Shown: piece by piece, positions 63,451 to 64,000 of the stretch
Layout: each line of letters opens with the position of its first letter
Numbering within the stretch: the first letter of the stretch is position 1
Origin: Nageia nagi
Taxonomy: Eukaryota > Plantae > Pinophyta
DNA: 64,000 bases
NCBI GenBank assembly: GCA_050084985.1
Contig: JBITNC010000001.1
Span: forward strand, 79,236,001-79,300,000
Direction of reading: 5' to 3'
Made by a program: the position numbers and the translations under genes
The notes under the pieces: model-generated
What the model saw: the letters and a program-made list of their open reading frames with translations, nothing else
Databases searched by the model: none
What the model was told of the DNA's origin: nothing

Positions 63451-63739
63451 ATCACTCAAAGATAATGACAAAAAATATACCCTGGCCATAAAAGTTCTTT
63501 CTCGAACACTAACACCACTTATCCTCTTTCTAGGAATCCGATACCAGCAAGAACATAAATAAATAAATAAAACAAACTACAAATTTAAATTTTTTCCTTA
63601 ATTTGTGACATCAGAAATCATGGCCTACTCTTTGTAGTAGCATAAAACATATATGCTTTCCATGTATCCGAATCCAAACCCAATGGGGACATTACAAACA
63701 AAATGCTGGACAACAACGTTTAACTTATCATAAATAAAC

Positions 63740-64000
63740 TTAAAAATTGCAAAGTACATAATAGAGTGGAAGGAGAGTTGGGGGTGGTGGAGAGTGATTC
63801 AATTGCCAAAGATGGGCCCTAAGGTCTAGCAGTTTAATAATTGTTGTTTGAGGCGCAGCCTTGGAAATAATGATGTATCAAAGAATCATGCGATGATATT
63901 GTAGTTGGCCCAAGATCTTGCATGGGACTGCATGGACAGGTTGGCTAGCCTTGCGACGACGGGCATGTTTATTCAATGTTGTCACGTGATGAGTTTGCAT
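63740..64000 (+). mobile_element. L1-type RNase H remnant
   Basis: VVESDSIA and DCMDRLASLA resemble the IVESDS and ADxLA motifs of plant L1 RNase H. Confidence 0.5.

Overview
Repeat-rich plant nuclear DNA, most likely a gymnosperm (inferred from the very long introns and a Tat retrotransposon with the PROT-aRH-RT-RH-INT domain order). The only recognisable host gene is the 5' part of a Mediator subunit 16 gene (MED16/SFR6) on the minus strand. Six exons lie at 59671-59739, 50546-50634, 19187-19299, 18685-18786, 14689-14779 and 12962-13557, with GT-AG introns of 9.0, 31.2, 0.4, 3.9 and 1.1 kb. The last visible exon has a 1-bp frameshift, and three conserved Arg codons across the gene read as Cys, so this copy may be decaying. 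The introns are filled with mostly degenerate, nested elements: a spliced hAT transposase split by a Copia element, chromovirus-like and Met-primed Gypsy remnants, LINE and SINE pieces, a hAT MITE, and a four-level Tat/Gypsy nest at about 26.8-49.4 kb. The most unusual object is a 5.9-kb TG...CA unit at 28928-34818 with a 5-bp TSD and no gag/pol. It contains an array of ~45-bp palindromes, a promoter and a ~1,000-codon accessory ORF. That ORF is homologous to the extra ORF downstream of integrase in the neighbouring Tat element, while two relatives of the unit carry a different short ORF in the same slot.
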